A stretch of 64,000 nt of DNA, taken from Lepidodermella squamata (taxonomy: Eukaryota > Animalia > Gastrotricha). The notes beneath the pieces were generated by a model. That model did no database searches. It was not told where the DNA came from and saw nothing but the letters and a program-made list of their open reading frames with translations. Below are positions 49,485 through 63,192 of this stretch, one piece after another. The stretch lies in assembly GCA_047495785.1 (NCBI GenBank), contig JBLDXI010000042.1, positions 2,046,001-2,110,000 on the forward strand. Reading direction: 5' to 3'. Position numbers and translations under genes: made by a program. Each line of letters begins with the position of its first letter. Positions within the stretch are counted from its first letter, which is position 1.

Positions 49485-52403
49485 CTTAAGATTTGAGGAA
49501 AACGAATAAGAACTGAGAGCTAATGTTCCGTGGAAAACAAAATGTCGAAAATCTACAGCAGAAATGGCATGGCTGAGTGTTTTAAAAGGTGACCGAGACA
49601 GGAGGTAAACCTCTCCAGCAGTTTTTTGCACGCGTCGAGACGATGTTATCTTCTTGATTACTACGCCTTCATTGTCTGGATATCTACGTCAACACCTTGT
49701 AGACGGCAATGCTCTCATCGCTGGTGGAGCCGATGCTCTCTTGTATAGTTAACGTATACAGACGTTGGCGTCCGCCTGTAATGCGATCATAATTAAAATT
49801 GTCTTTTTCACTGGATTGTAAAAAAAAACATGGGGCGCCGCTGCGAAATGGCAGCATGAGGGTGTCAGATATTGTCAGGTTCATAAGATACATACCTTCT
49901 TATAATGATGAAGCTGTCGTGATATTACGGTTGAAGTAGGATTTGATCGAAAGGTTTGGCATTTGTCAAACATGTTTTTTTTTACTTTCGGGCTAATACC
50001 CATTTTTGTGGAACATTATTTTTGGGTATTGGTGTTAGGGTGACATCATCCTGTGGAAATTAGTCTCTATCAGACCACTTTGGTCAGCAGGGCATTCGAT
50101 TAATAACTCATCGTCAACTGCTAGAACCAATCTATCACCGAAATGTGCGTCATTTGGCCCAAGACAGCTTGGCCTAACGTAACATTTCGACCCGGCGGCA
50201 TATTGGCCTGCGACACGCTGCTCCATCGCCATATTTGCCTAACTATTCCTATTTCCTATAACAATTTCTTTATTTGAAAAACAGGTGTCGACATTTCGAC
50301 CCATAATAATGCATTGCCACTTGTAAATACTGAAAATTCGAAAATAAAATCTTAACGATTTGATTTTAATTTCAATCATTCTTGCATGTGTTTGCACTGA
50401 CGCACCCTGTAATTAGCGGAAATTTCAACGTACATTTTTCCGAATCGCTAATAATAAAAAGTTTGCCAAAAACCTGCGCGCGAGCTTCATCCTCAGTATG
50501 TTACTCACAAGCGTCACTCACCACCTGCCCAAGTTACTCAGCGGCGTGTTCAGCGCGGGCGGCGAAATGTTAATTCGAAACCAGAAGAACCTGACTCTCT
50601 CGTGACCGCGGTGGAAGAGTAAACACATGATCAGGCCCTTGGAAAAAACCCCAAAAATGCTCTGAAATATTTTTTCTTCCACAGATAAAGCATTCGACCG
50701 TGAAAAGGTTAAGATTTATCGGATTTGCGGACTTCATACTTAATAGACTTGAGAGACCAGGTTATTCAATGATGTATTGTTGCACTTAAACAACTCCACG
50801 AAGATCTGACCAAAAAAATAGCACAAACTCGCTTTCATTTGCGCATAATTAACTGAGCTTTTCAACAAGAGAAAACTCATCGCAAAACGGTCCTAAATTG
50901 TCAGCGGTTTGATCTCTTAGCACTTTGAACAGTGTTTTCATGGGTGCTTTGCTTGAGAGACACGCAATACTCAGATAATCCGTTCTTCCGAATACAATAA
51001 TCCGAGCGATCTCTGCAAACAGCTGTCTTTTTTCTCGCTTTTTGTGGAAAAGTTCTTTACTGGCCACGAATTTCACAATACTCAGCTAGCGTGCGGTCGT
51101 TCTATCCTTTCGATAGACTCGGCTATTCTCATAGCCTCAGCAGTGCGGTACGCGGTACTTCTGAGAATAAGAATAATGTTTATACTGAGCGGGGCGCGAA
51201 GTACGGGGGAATGAGTGGTTCGTACCCCCGGTTCGGCAGGTCAAGGTGGAAAACACTACCAAAAAGCCCACAGGGGGGCCCTTTGGTCTTAAAATCTGGG
51301 CCTAAAAATACCATTTTGTTCGAGGATCATAGGTAAGTATAGCATGATTCATTTAACCCTTCCGGTGGGGCAAGAAAAACAAATCAGTTGATTAGAGCTC
51401 TATGTGAAGTATTGCAAAAAATGAGCTTCGATCAATCGAAAATGGATGCGTATTTTCCATTCATAAGCTCTCCTTCTTTTCTTTCTACTTAACCTTGAAG
51501 CCGAAGCCAATAGCCGGTGTTTCGCTGATCGGAAAAATCTGCGAAAAATTGCAACTCGTGCAGGTTTTACAAAATAATAAGCTAAGAAAATTTGAAAAGT
51601 TTAGTAAGCTTCGCTGATTTTTCACAAATTAGCAAAGTTTGATGCCTGCTTAAAAGTGCGTACTTTCAGTGGTTGCAGGCGAAAAAAATCATGCATCCAC
51701 CCTAAAGTGATGTGCGTAAATATACCCGAGGCACGTGGTGTGGCATACTCCGGTTTTCGCCCATGGATCAGTAGTATTTAAGAATTTTGGACACCCGTAA
51801 GGCTAATAAAGTCGGGCAAGTTCTTTCTCACAAATTGTGATTCGGATGACTGGCTACCTCTAGCAATATTTTCTATATTTTCATAAAATCTCGGTAGAAG
51901 ATCGATGAATTATTCCTGAAAGCATCGATAAAGCACAAGCAACAATCGATGCTACAAACTCTTCTTGATAGGTTCGCGATTTTAGCAGCTCACAGAACCA
52001 TTCAATCAACAATTTTCGCACAGCAACAAGGCCGATGGAAAGCTCGCGATTTTTTTAAATATTCATCTCCTTTTTTACCATTTTTCATCCTCTAGAAACA
52101 TTTTTTGATAAATAACTGATTTATTCATTTTTTCCCATTTTTCGAAATAAATTGAATTTTATAAAAATCGCCTTTTGAATACAAAAAATATATTTTTCGA
52201 TGGATGTGCTTTTTCAGTGATGGTGACCCATTTTTCCGCTTTAAACGTTAGTGAGACCTTATCTAGCCAGACAGACTCTGGAAGGCCGAAATGTCCTTAT
52301 CAGCGCGTTATCAGCCAACTACGCAGTGCGCAGTGCTTAATTGGATGATATCAGTTAGTCCGGAACAGTCCGAAATTTTATCAGTGTTTTTTTCCTTTCT
52401 AGA

Positions 52404-54911
52404 ATGTGGTTTATTATTTTTCCCCTATTCATTATCGCAGGCTTCGCCTATTTTACCAGGCCGAGTAACCCCGTGAAATTGAAAGGCCTCTACACTCAAC
52501 CTAGTGGATTATGGTACCACATCAAACGAATCACTCTAACAGCAATTCTATGGGTGATCAAAATCAAACGGCAACACTCGAGGCAGCAGGACAGATCAGC
52601 GGAGGCGGAGAAGTTGAAATTGCCTGTAAAAATGGAGCAATACCAAATGAGCACGTTTTCAATGAAAGTCTTCGATAAGGCTGGCAATCTTGTCTCCGTG
52701 TTCATGCGGCGCCATGGCGGTTCTAGGGTCGAGGTGAGTGTGACAATTCATACTGCAGATGGCCAAACTCTTATCCACCCTGGCGGTATGGTTGTTGATG
52801 AAACGCCGTTTGGAGATGAAACAGACCCTGGTTACATCTCGGCTGGTGGAGTTCGTATCAGGGCGGTCAAAACGCCTAAAACCTACAGAATTCTCTACGC
52901 TGGCTTGATGAAGGACTCGAGCAGTGGGAAATTCGTCGAAGTGAATCTGAGGCTGTGGTTCAGAGCTTACACCGACCCTGCTTCAATGGTGATCGACTAC
53001 GGCCCAAGCCTCATGGCTAACGCTTTCGCTAGTGAAGAAGATTCGTTAAATCTAATGATTGGTATGCTCGGGTCATCGAATTTCGAAATCGCTGGTCACG
53101 CCCGTTGTGTTGTCGATATTGAGAAGAAGCGGCTCGAACTGAAACTGAATGGACTTACTAGTATTTTCTTCAAAACAGCTAAAGCATTGACGACCAACGG
53201 ATTCTTCCACATGAATGTGAGTTTCGAGAAGGGACTGGTCCTCTCTCTTCATGCGATTACGATACCTGATGCTATCAGTCATATGGTTGCGGGTTACTCA
53301 TTCTGGCCGAATGGTGAAATCCATCCGATTATTTGGTCAGATTTCCACCTGGCAAACATCGAAGGAGAGGGCAATATGCCCGAAGATTTTACCTACAGAC
53401 TTACAACTAGTATGTTTCCTTCTGGATTAAAATTCTTGACTCAATTTTTTCCTTCTAGACGGCCAGACGTTTACATTTAGGAATCAAATATTTTCGTCAT
53501 CGAAGCATCTACTTTTCAGCGGAATCGACACAATGTTTTACGTTGATAACGAAAGTGTCGTAAAAGTTACCTTGGACGGTTCGCAAATCGGCTATGGCTA
53601 CGTTGATTTCAACAACAGAGGCGAAACAAATGACTGCGAAGCTTCGAAAACGACCCGGCCATTGCTATTGCAGGATTTACCTGTTCCTAAGCAAGCCGTC
53701 GAAGGAGCTCCGTTCTGCGTCCAACTCACAGACCCACTTTGCAGAAATTCGTAAGTTGATGAAAATTCCCTTTTTCGCAATTTTATGAAGGATATCTCTT
53801 GATCCAAAAAATAATTAATTGAAAATCCTAAATTAATTTTAATTTATTCTTTCATCTATATCATTCTAATTTTTGCTCGAATATTTTGAAATTTTTCTTA
53901 ATTTTTTCAAATTACGTATTCAGTGGCCTCACTGGTAGGAAAGCCGCGAATATAGCTGGTATTGCAGCTGTGGGTCCGACGAATAATGCTGACTTCAAAA
54001 TTCCCGACGGTTTCGTTATTACCGCCTCAGCTTACCTGGACCACCTATCATCTAATCCTCAGCTGTCATCCAAGGTTAAAGAAGTCCTTCATCTGATGAC
54101 TCGATCTGTCACAGATGACAAGCTTGAAATTGCCTGCAACGAACTTCATGAACTATTCATTGCAACCCCGTTGAGCCAAAAACTGGAGCGAAGCATTGAA
54201 ACTGGTCTAAAGGAAACCTTCGGCGAAAAGGATTGGGCCACAACTAATGTAGCGGTTCGGTTATCAGCTGTTGGAGAAGTCGTGGCAGCAGGTACTGGTC
54301 ATGATTCACCGATTCTCGGCCCGAAAGGTCTCGAAAAAATCTCCGAGGCAGTGAAGAAATGCTGGGCGTCGCATTTCGCCCTCCGGGCTGTTCAATCCCG
54401 GCAGCAAACCGGCATTCCGTTGGCTGTTGTAGTCCAGAGATTGGTCAAGGCGGACGTCGCTGGGGTGCTGTTCACCCGATTCCCTGATAACGGCTCAACA
54501 AGTCGCATGGTCGTCAATGCGAGGTTCGGTATTGACGTCGCGCATGTCTATCCGGATAAGATAACTATCCATAAGAAGAACCCTAAAGGTGAGGAGATCG
54601 ATATCACCTACGACGTCATTGGAGAGAAGTCGAGCGCCTTCAAACTGGACGAGAAAACCGGAGTTGTTCGTGAGGAGAAGCCCGAACAGCCAAATGGGAA
54701 AGAACCCTGTCTGACTAAAGACGAGATCCACCGTCTCTACAAGAGTGGATTGTTCATTGAACAGGCCTTTGGACTGGGTCGGGATGTCAAGTTTGCTATC
54801 AAGCGGAATCAGGATGGAAAATCCGACATTCTGATCTTACGAGCCCAGCGCATTGCTACCGATGATCGCGAGGAGGAATGGGAGTTGGTTGATCCATTCG
54901 GCTCGCGTTGA
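52404..54911 (+). CDS. PEP-synthase/PPDK nucleotide-binding-domain protein with N-terminal membrane anchor; truncated or degenerate; exons ~52404-53409, 53459-53751, 53924-54911
   Basis: GRKAANIA, IPDGFVITASAY, VKKCWASHF, AVVVQRLV.ADVAGVLFT, ILRAQRI motifs; no His swivel domain in the frame. Confidence 0.8.
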
Positions 54912-56370
54912 ACCAATCATCTACTGAAGCCTATTTTCAGTGAGTTCCTTAGCACAGCATTTTTCGTTAATTCTTTTTTCGATTTTCAACAGAGAAATGA
55001 TATCTGGTGCTCGGAACCCGCTGATACGATTTATCACTTTGAGAGACTGACTCAATTATATATGTCCAGTGTATCTCTTGTATCAAAGACATTCAGAAGT
55101 TTGAATTCAAAGTTATCAAAAAGTGTCATTGCTGCTTCAATCGTTTATATATATGAGCCCGGTGTAAGCGTTGTATAAGCCGATTTGCTATTTAGCCGGT
55201 TACTGTTTACTGCCATGCGATGTGCGTCAATAAAGTTGTCATTCTAACTCATAACTCATTCGTGATAAGATATTCTGTAACCATCAGGACAGGTCGAGGA
55301 ACCTTTTGTTCTTTGAGCTGTGCATCTATTCCCTTTAGGTAAAACCATGGGGTTTTATTCAAGGAGGATTCCTCTGAAAGGGGAACCATCACCTTGAAGC
55401 TTAATGAATGATGCTTTAGGTTCCCCTTACATTGCTGATCGGAATAATCACTGATTTGTTGAATCGACATCAGCCATGCAGGCTGAAGTATAACTCGCAA
55501 TTTAGCCCAGGGTGCGAAGTACAGGGGTGCTGGGGTGTCGCGACACCCCAGCTCGGTCCGGCGGGAGAAAATTACGAAAATTAGTTGGAGTTGTAAGTTG
55601 TAAAAAGTAGTTAGCTTCCATTGTGAGGACAATGGATGCTGCGTTTTTACGCAATTTCCGGCTATTCCTGACACTTAATCTTCAAAAATCTCGCAGCAAA
55701 AGCTCGCTGCGCTCGCATTCGGGTTTAAGGTTGTATTGGGGATTTCGCAACGGTGGCTAAATCAAGGTTCGACTATCGACCCTAATAGTAATTGGTAATT
55801 GTTATAGAAACCATATGTTTTAGACCAGTGCTCCGCATTATCTCATTTATCTCATTGCCTAGCCGTTTTTATGAGATTTCAGACCCTCCTACAGGGTAAA
55901 TTTTTAAGAAATTTCTCGCTCCGCTCGAATGTATGGCCGAAATTACTAGCAATTTTGAGTAATGCAGCACTTTATTCTCAATCCTGTCAGTTCCAGCACT
56001 GCTTATTAGCGTCTTGAGTTGATTGTTGATTATTGAGTTGAAATTATATAAATTTTGTTGATTTCGAGCTTGTAAGTGAATGGTATCAATTTCGCGAGCG
56101 AGCGTAGCGAGCGAGCGCAATTTTTGTGGAGCTTAACATAGGAACACACCAGCTCGAAAATCCTACTTCGCACACTGATTTGGCCTGTAATGTAATGAAA
56201 AGTTTCGATTCTAGGAAGCGTGAAACTCGTAAATTTCCTATTTTGGGAAAATTTTGAGCTGGAGCCCCAAGTTTGGGGCGTCCACTTGGCACTTTATTTC
56301 TGAACGACTCAACTCACAGGATTTTTGTTGTTTAATTCCGAAACTCGTGTTGAACAGCTTTATTGACCGA

Positions 56371-56501
56371 TGACGGGAAACTCCCCGTTGTCGTAGGGTA
56401 TCGTTCATATCGTTCCGTTAACACTAACCGTCGAGAAAGATATGTGAGTGTCATTAAATAACGGGGCGGTCCCCGTCACTGGCAAAGGCCGCTGGCCGAC
56501 A
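56371..56501 (+). mobile_element. Small HINE-like element overlapping the protease 3' end
   Basis: Shares both ends with 5559-5745. Confidence 0.7.
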
Positions 56502-58513
56502 GTGGTAGTTTCATGAAGCGTAGTAGCATTATCAGCTAAAGTTTGATGCAGAAACACCAATTCACTCGTTGTAGTTTCGATTTCCTCCACCGAAGTTGAA
56601 TTTTCACTCGACGAATCCGTAACATTAACTGAAATTGTTGTAGTACTAGTCCTGATAGGCACATCGAACGGCCACAGCGATACAGTGCCATTATTGATTG
56701 TTTCCCGAATCCAAGATATCGAATTGCACACCCTGGTGTAGATTGACGGCAGTTTGCCCGAACACGTCGGGTCGCCCATTGAGGTTATACCGAATAGGTA
56801 TGCTTGGTCTGAGCGGCGACAGACCAAAGGCCCACCAGAATCACCTCGGCACGTATCACTCGCATTGCCGAACATGCACATTTTAGAGTCGCTAAGGACT
56901 TCGTTGGTGTAACCGCCCGATTCGATAATGGCTTTGCAATCGGGCTTGGAAATCGTTCGAAGAGTGACCTTTTTCAGTAAATCGGTCGGGAGGTCTGTGT
57001 ATAAATGCAATTTAATAAGAAAAAATCATAAAAATGTTAAATAATTCGAAAAAATTGAAATTTATTAAAATTTTGTGAAAATTATGAAATTTGTGAGCAA
57101 TTTTTTGTTTAATTTTTTTCAAATTTCGCATTAAATTTCGCATTAAATTTCGCATAATTTTTTTTTAACGGAGTGGATATTCGCACTTAAATAAGTACGC
57201 GTTTTTTGATATTCATACTTAAATAAGTACGCATTTTTTGATATTCGTACTTGAATAAGTACGCGTTATTTGATATTCGTACTTAAGCAGCTTTCCGCTT
57301 ACGTAATATTCGAAATTTTTCGACCATAATATTCAGCTTTTAAAACTGAGTAGGAATCATATCTCACCCAGGAAGCTGAGATAACTTGGACTTGTCAAAT
57401 TTGATGGCAAAATCTGGAGTTTCTCCCTAGTTTCATCAAGTTGGATCTAAGGTTCAGGACCTTTTAGGTTTCCTGAGCTTTCCAACCCTAATTTCATGTT
57501 TTTGGATGCAAATTTGACAAGTCCAAGTTATCTCAGCTTCCTGGGTGAGATATGACTCCTACTCAGCTTTAAAAGCTGAATATTATGGTCGAAAAATTTC
57601 GAATATTACGTAAGCGGAAAGCTGCTTAAGTACGAATATCAAATAACGCGTAGTTATTTAAGCAGGAATATAACGACCCTTTTTTTAATATTCCAAAGGA
57701 AATTATGCTTTCGGTTGAAATTTTTCAATTATTGTTAGGAAATGAATATTTGACGTACATCCGTTCAGGCTCCACCCTGAGGCGACTCCATGCGTGCAGT
57801 TATCAATGCCCAACTCATCGCCAGTTTCTTCGGCGCCGCACATTTCATCATCAGGCAAGCAAAGCGGGCTGATTTTGCTCGTAAATTGCTGTATCGGCGA
57901 GTACAACCGCAACAAGGCTATGTCATTGCTGACAGTTGGGTCGCTGATCGAAAAATCCGGGTGAGGAATAACGCGAGGATCAACCACTATCTCCCTTGTT
58001 CCAGTTTCATTGTTCAAATTCAAATTATGTTTGCCTAGCAGAGCTTTTATGCTGGAAAATTGTAGAATTTGTTCTCAATTTTTGCTGATTTATTCGAATT
58101 TAGTTACAAATATGGCGGATTTCCATTTCTGTACAGGCAATGAGCTGCGGTTACCAGCCACCACCTGTTGATCAACGCTGCGCCACATTGCCGTTTTAAG
58201 CTCAATTTTGGGAAATAAATTTCAAGAAAAACCTAGATAAATATTCGGAATTATTTTGGAATTTCTTTTTTTTTTAGAATTTTTACCATCCATGGAAATT
58301 CATTAGGAACAGCTAGTTTAGCCCCATCGAGTTGCCCGTCGTAAGTTTCGTTGACAGTTATACGGCCGCATGTGTTGTCCTCCGGCAGTTGGATGAAAAA
58401 TTGGCCTGCTGACTTGAATTACAAGATTTTCAACCGAGTTTTTTGAGAATACAAAAAGTTACCAGGTTGAAAATTTCAGCATATAGTAGAAGAGATAGTA
58501 GTAGAAAAAGCAT
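56405..58513 (-). CDS. Trypsin-like (S1) serine protease with Ser/Thr-rich tail, ~5 exons
   Basis: Signal peptide MLFLLLSLLLYA; EFPWM, CGAALI..WWLVTAAHC, NDIALLRL, DTCRGDSGGP, IYTRV. Confidence 0.92.
57176..57665. mobile_element. Intronic foldback element with ~145-bp nearly perfect arms and ~31-bp subrepeats
   Basis: 57259-57404 is the near-exact reverse complement of 57508-57653. Confidence 0.85.
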
Positions 58514-58940
58514 GTTTTCTTTTCGTAGTAAGAAAACACGAAGCTTATACTCATTGCTTGAATATTCGTGGCAGAGCCATTGATGAGTGCAGTCGTAACA
58601 TAAAAACGGATACAATATTGAGCAAATGAATAGATTAAAAATGTTCGAAAATATGAAAAATTCAATGATATTTGCATAACTTCTTGAAAATATACGGAAA
58701 ATGGAAGTGAATTTGTTAATGGCGCATTTTCATTTGACGCATTCATCAAAAAACGCATTGTATTCCCGCACACATGTCAAATGAAATGGGTAATTAATAA
58801 AATTTGCGGTTTTCAAAATTTTCACTTCAAGTTATTGCTGAGAATTACTCATTTTTTCTGTCATTTCTCGCGAAAAAATTGATCGAAGAGGTAAATTATG
58901 CATGAAATAAAAAAAAATAACAATGCAAATTTTATTTGAT

Positions 58941-59015
58941 TCCCACGAGGCGGACTTGAACCACCGACCTAAGGATATGCTTCTACTAGAAATCACACTG
59001 AATTATCCACTACGG
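58941..59015 (-). pseudogene. 5'-truncated tRNA-Tyr-like relic (3' exon plus probable intron)
   Basis: ATCCTTAGGTCGGTGGTTCAAGTCCGCCTCGTGGGA resembles a eukaryotic tRNA-Tyr 3' exon; no D-arm upstream. Confidence 0.6.
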
Positions 59016-59220
59016 CTCAATAAGAAAAGAAGAGGTTTTTTCAATTAATTTTATTACTTGCTTCAACATAAAATTCAAAAATCCTAAATATATATTTCTT
59101 CACAGAAAGAGAAATGTAGAATATAACTAATATAATCAAAATTATTGCTCAATTTTTGTTTGGTCCATATATATATGAATCATGGCAGTGGGAAATCTCG
59201 AGTCGCCTATAGATTAACCG

Positions 59221-60358
59221 CTACTTTCCGGTAAATTCAATCGTCTGGCTCTTTGAAGCTATAAGTGGCTGTTCGATTTGATCAATAGGCCCGCGATTAC
59301 GGTTTGGCAAATCGTCCTTTAAATCAATCCTAAAATTTCAGGCGAAATTCATGCTATTCAAGATTAAAAATTCAAGGGATGCCAAACCTGAAAACAGCAG
59401 CAGAAACGATGATAATGAACAGCACAATGCCGAGAATTATGCACAGGATGTAATAGGGTTCAATTAGCAGGCCAGATGCCTTGGGATCATGAAATTCGAT
59501 TACCCTTCGAGGCGGCATTGTTGTCTAAAATTAAAAAAAAAATTAGCGATCTAAAATTTAATTTCTAAATTTTAGTAAAATTTAAAAATGATATTAAAAT
59601 TTGAAAAAACTTAAAAACTCATGGTGAATTCTGGGAAAAAATTTGAAATAATTCAATAAAATATCAATAATTCGATATCTTTCAAATTTTCAAAAATTTT
59701 CACAAAAATTCAATTTTTTATATTTTTTGAATTTTTTTCTTACGAATGGCAAGCCTCGTTGTGAGTAAGTTTCATGCATTGAATGGTCATCGGTTGAAAG
59801 ACCCTGGCACAACACGCCGGCTATTTCCAAACAAGACGGTTGTACAGTTTCATTGCCGCCATGTGGCCATGCGCGGCACGCTGCTGGTTCGCCGCGCGAG
59901 CCGACCCAAAATTTAGGCGGCGGGTTCGATGTGCCCACCATGGACTCGAAACCGGCGCGGCTTTTGAAAAACGAGCGGTAACACGCCTGGTCATCGGCGA
60001 TCACGTGACCAGAGTGGCGGCAAAAGGCGCGAGCGTCGTTGAAATTGCCCAGCCAAAATTTACCAGTATCGGAATGGGCAACAAAAAGCCGATAATTTGC
60101 TGGAAAAAATGCAGAAAAATAAATTGATAATTCCTTAAAAAAGCACTTTGAACTCGAAAATTTATAGGAAATTCCACAGAAAATATTTTAAAAAATTTGA
60201 AAAATAATAAAATATTGTTAAACAATTTCTGCGAATTTTTTGAAATGTAATTCGGAGGTCATGAACTTACTATTATTGCAGTAGAATCCTTGGCCAGATG
60301 CGAGATCGGTAATTGAGCCGATAATTAGTAAGGATATCGATGCAATAAAATTGACCAT
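59221..60358 (-). CDS. Type I membrane protein with divergent C-type-lectin-like domain, 4 exons
   Basis: Signal peptide; DARAFC..GHVIA...KFWVG...CRAW...C..IAGVLCQ; TM after PYYILC; tail motif EQPLI. Confidence 0.7.
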
Positions 60359-61187
60359 TTTATCATTTAATTCGATGTATTCTTATAATTACTGAAAAAA
60401 TATTTTCCTAATTTTGTTTACGAAACGCAGTTTGATTTTTGTTCTGAAGCTAGACTTTCTATTTTTTTGAGTACAAAACGATTTATTAGCATTCAAGGTA
60501 TATAAAATATAACATTTAAGCTAGGCGGCAGGAAGGCGGCTATATGGACGCGCGAGATCAAACTGCGCCAGCTGTTTTTCAATGGCCGCTTCCGCTTTAA
60601 TGGCCCTCCCTGTTTTATTCGCAGTAGAACGAGAGCAAAATATCGGCGACTACATCCGGCGCTGAGCGAAACAAATATTATCAAAAGAAATTCAAACTCC
60701 AAAAATTCAATAGAAGATTTTTCGAATTTTCGCTAAATTAAGGAGAATTTAATGACTACAAAATAAATAAAAAATTCTGAGAAATAGAATTACATGGAAA
60801 ATATTCAAAATGTGATGACATATTGGAGGCTCGAGCGAATTCTTAAGAATTTTTCTGTGCACCTGTAAAAACGCTTGAGCCTATATAGTCCTATCTAATC
60901 AAAATCGGCATAGATTTTTTTTTACCATAGGTAGTTAATTATTAAGGTGGATAGCTGATAGGCAATATTTGTTTAGCAAATCACACGGCACTTAAAATCA
61001 ATGAGAGTAGGCAAATATCCGGAATATCAAAATTAATTAATTTTTCATAAATTATTCACAAATTTATTTTATTTAATACAGATTTTTTTTGCAATAATGC
61101 TGACAGAAGCAGTGATTGTTAAAATAAATACTAAAAATAATAGGCGTGAAGAGATGACAATTTTTCGATTTATGGATGATTTTTTAT

Positions 61188-62468
61188 TTAAGCCGGAACG
61201 TGAAAACTCGTCGAAGTTGCATCGCGTTTGAAGCTAGTGGATGATTTAATGAGCGGCTGCGATTCACTGCGCCGCTGTGAACTGCGATTGCCGCCTGATA
61301 TATCGACTCTGTGAGGTGAGGTAGTAGGAAAAAAAACGATCATCATTATTGACATTTGATATTATTATTAGGTGAAATTGAGACGCCGCACTGAGAGCGC
61401 GAGGCCATCAGTGCTATATTATAGGCTCACCTGCACGAGGCTGCTGTTATGATGATTGCAATTAGCAAAATGCCTAGGACTAAGCACGTCAGGTAGAACG
61501 GATCGCGGAGATCTGTCGTTGTCGTCCGCTCACCCTGAACATATTTCAAAATTATTTTAAGCATTTTAATGATTTCCAAAAGTTCAACAAATTTCAAAAA
61601 GTTTAAAAAAATAGCCACCACTTCACTTGAATTTCAAATTTGTTGAATATTAAAAGTCATTTTAAATTTTAAAATTTAAAAAAAATTTTAACAAATTTTT
61701 TGATGAATTTAAACATTTTTCAGAAATTATAGCAAAATTGATTTTCAGGAAAGATGAAAATTCAATGAGTTTTAGGTCACCTTGAGCTCTCCTGTTGTTT
61801 TCTGAGCAACATTTTCCGTTGGAACAGTCACGCCCTGGCACAGCACGCCAGCAAGTTCGATGCAAGGCACGAATACGCTCACATTCAGGTCACGTGACCA
61901 CGCTAAGCAAGATTGCGAGTCTTTGCCCGTGCCAACCGTGACCAGGCTAGCTATCCAGAATTTGCGAGGCAGCCGTTTGCCGTACAAGTCCGGGTATTGC
62001 GTTGTATTCGTTAACAGCGATCGAATGCAGGCGAGATCGTTTGCGATTATGTGGCCGGATTGGTGGCATATAGCCTGCGCGTCGATGTTACGGCCAAGCC
62101 ATACGTTGTCAGCATCAGATAGGGCGATAAATATTCTGTAATCTGCTGAAAAAGAATATTTTGAAATAACACAAGTTTTATTCGAACATTAATAATTCGC
62201 TCGATTTCTTTCAATTTTTTAAAGTATTTTACATTTTAGAATAATTTTCGAAAAGTTTACTAAATTTAATTTTTAACAAATCAAATTAAAATTAGATGAA
62301 GAAAACACATACATCTCTACATTTCCAATCTGAAAGTCTGGAATATTTTTTTAACGGTTGATTATTGAAAATTTACTCACTTTTTTGACAAGCGAATCCA
62401 TAGCCTTCGATCTTACTGACGGAGACAGCAGTTAGGATTAAAATAGCTTCAAAAATTGAACTCGACAT
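61188..62468 (-). CDS. Tandem paralog: C-type-lectin-like type I membrane protein
   Basis: DAQAIC..GHIIA...KFWIA...CLAW...C.ELAGVLCQ; TM PFYLTCLVLGILLIAIII; tail motif ESQPLI. Confidence 0.7.
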
Positions 62469-63192
62469 GGCGCTGAATTTACTGCGCCTTTTCATATGAG
62501 CAAAATGCTGAATATTTTTACGGCCAGCCTGATGTAATTTATGTTCATTACAACTCCCGTGTTGGCTCGAGTGGCCTTATTACCGCAATAAATTGCATTG
62601 CGTGTTATAGCTGAATGCTGAATCGATGATCTGCGTCAATTTATTACACACAAGGTCACGTATAAAAAAACACGAAAATAACGATTATTTTCTCATTTTT
62701 ATTACACAAAGTTCGGCCAGTTTTCGTTCTTCTCCTGCAAGGGCCACGTGACAAAATTCGTGCCTGGTGTGACAAGTCAACCATATAAAAACCGAGACCG
62801 CAAGAAATGGGATCCTTGCCGCATCAGCCGAAATAAAGTGGGACATTGAACCTTCGCGATTTGAAAGTGTAATTTCTCGGTCTGATGTGGGCGTTTTGCG
62901 ATGTCGGTTTAATTAGGCCTAATTAGGTGTAGGCATCACTTGCCAAGTTTTCGCAAAACATTGATTTTTCCACACTCGGTTAACAGAATTGTCTTAATGC
63001 ACCAGCAACATCTCAGACGGTATTTTCCTTGAGAAAATTCAGAACCGGACCTTACGACTTGAGTTTACTGGGTAGTAATTACAACTAAAGATAATATAAG
63101 TATTTCAGAATCCTGATTTGAAGGTAACAAAACCTACATCCTACAATGCAATTCCTCTTTTGTTTCCGGTGATGGGTGATGGTAAAAGTTCA

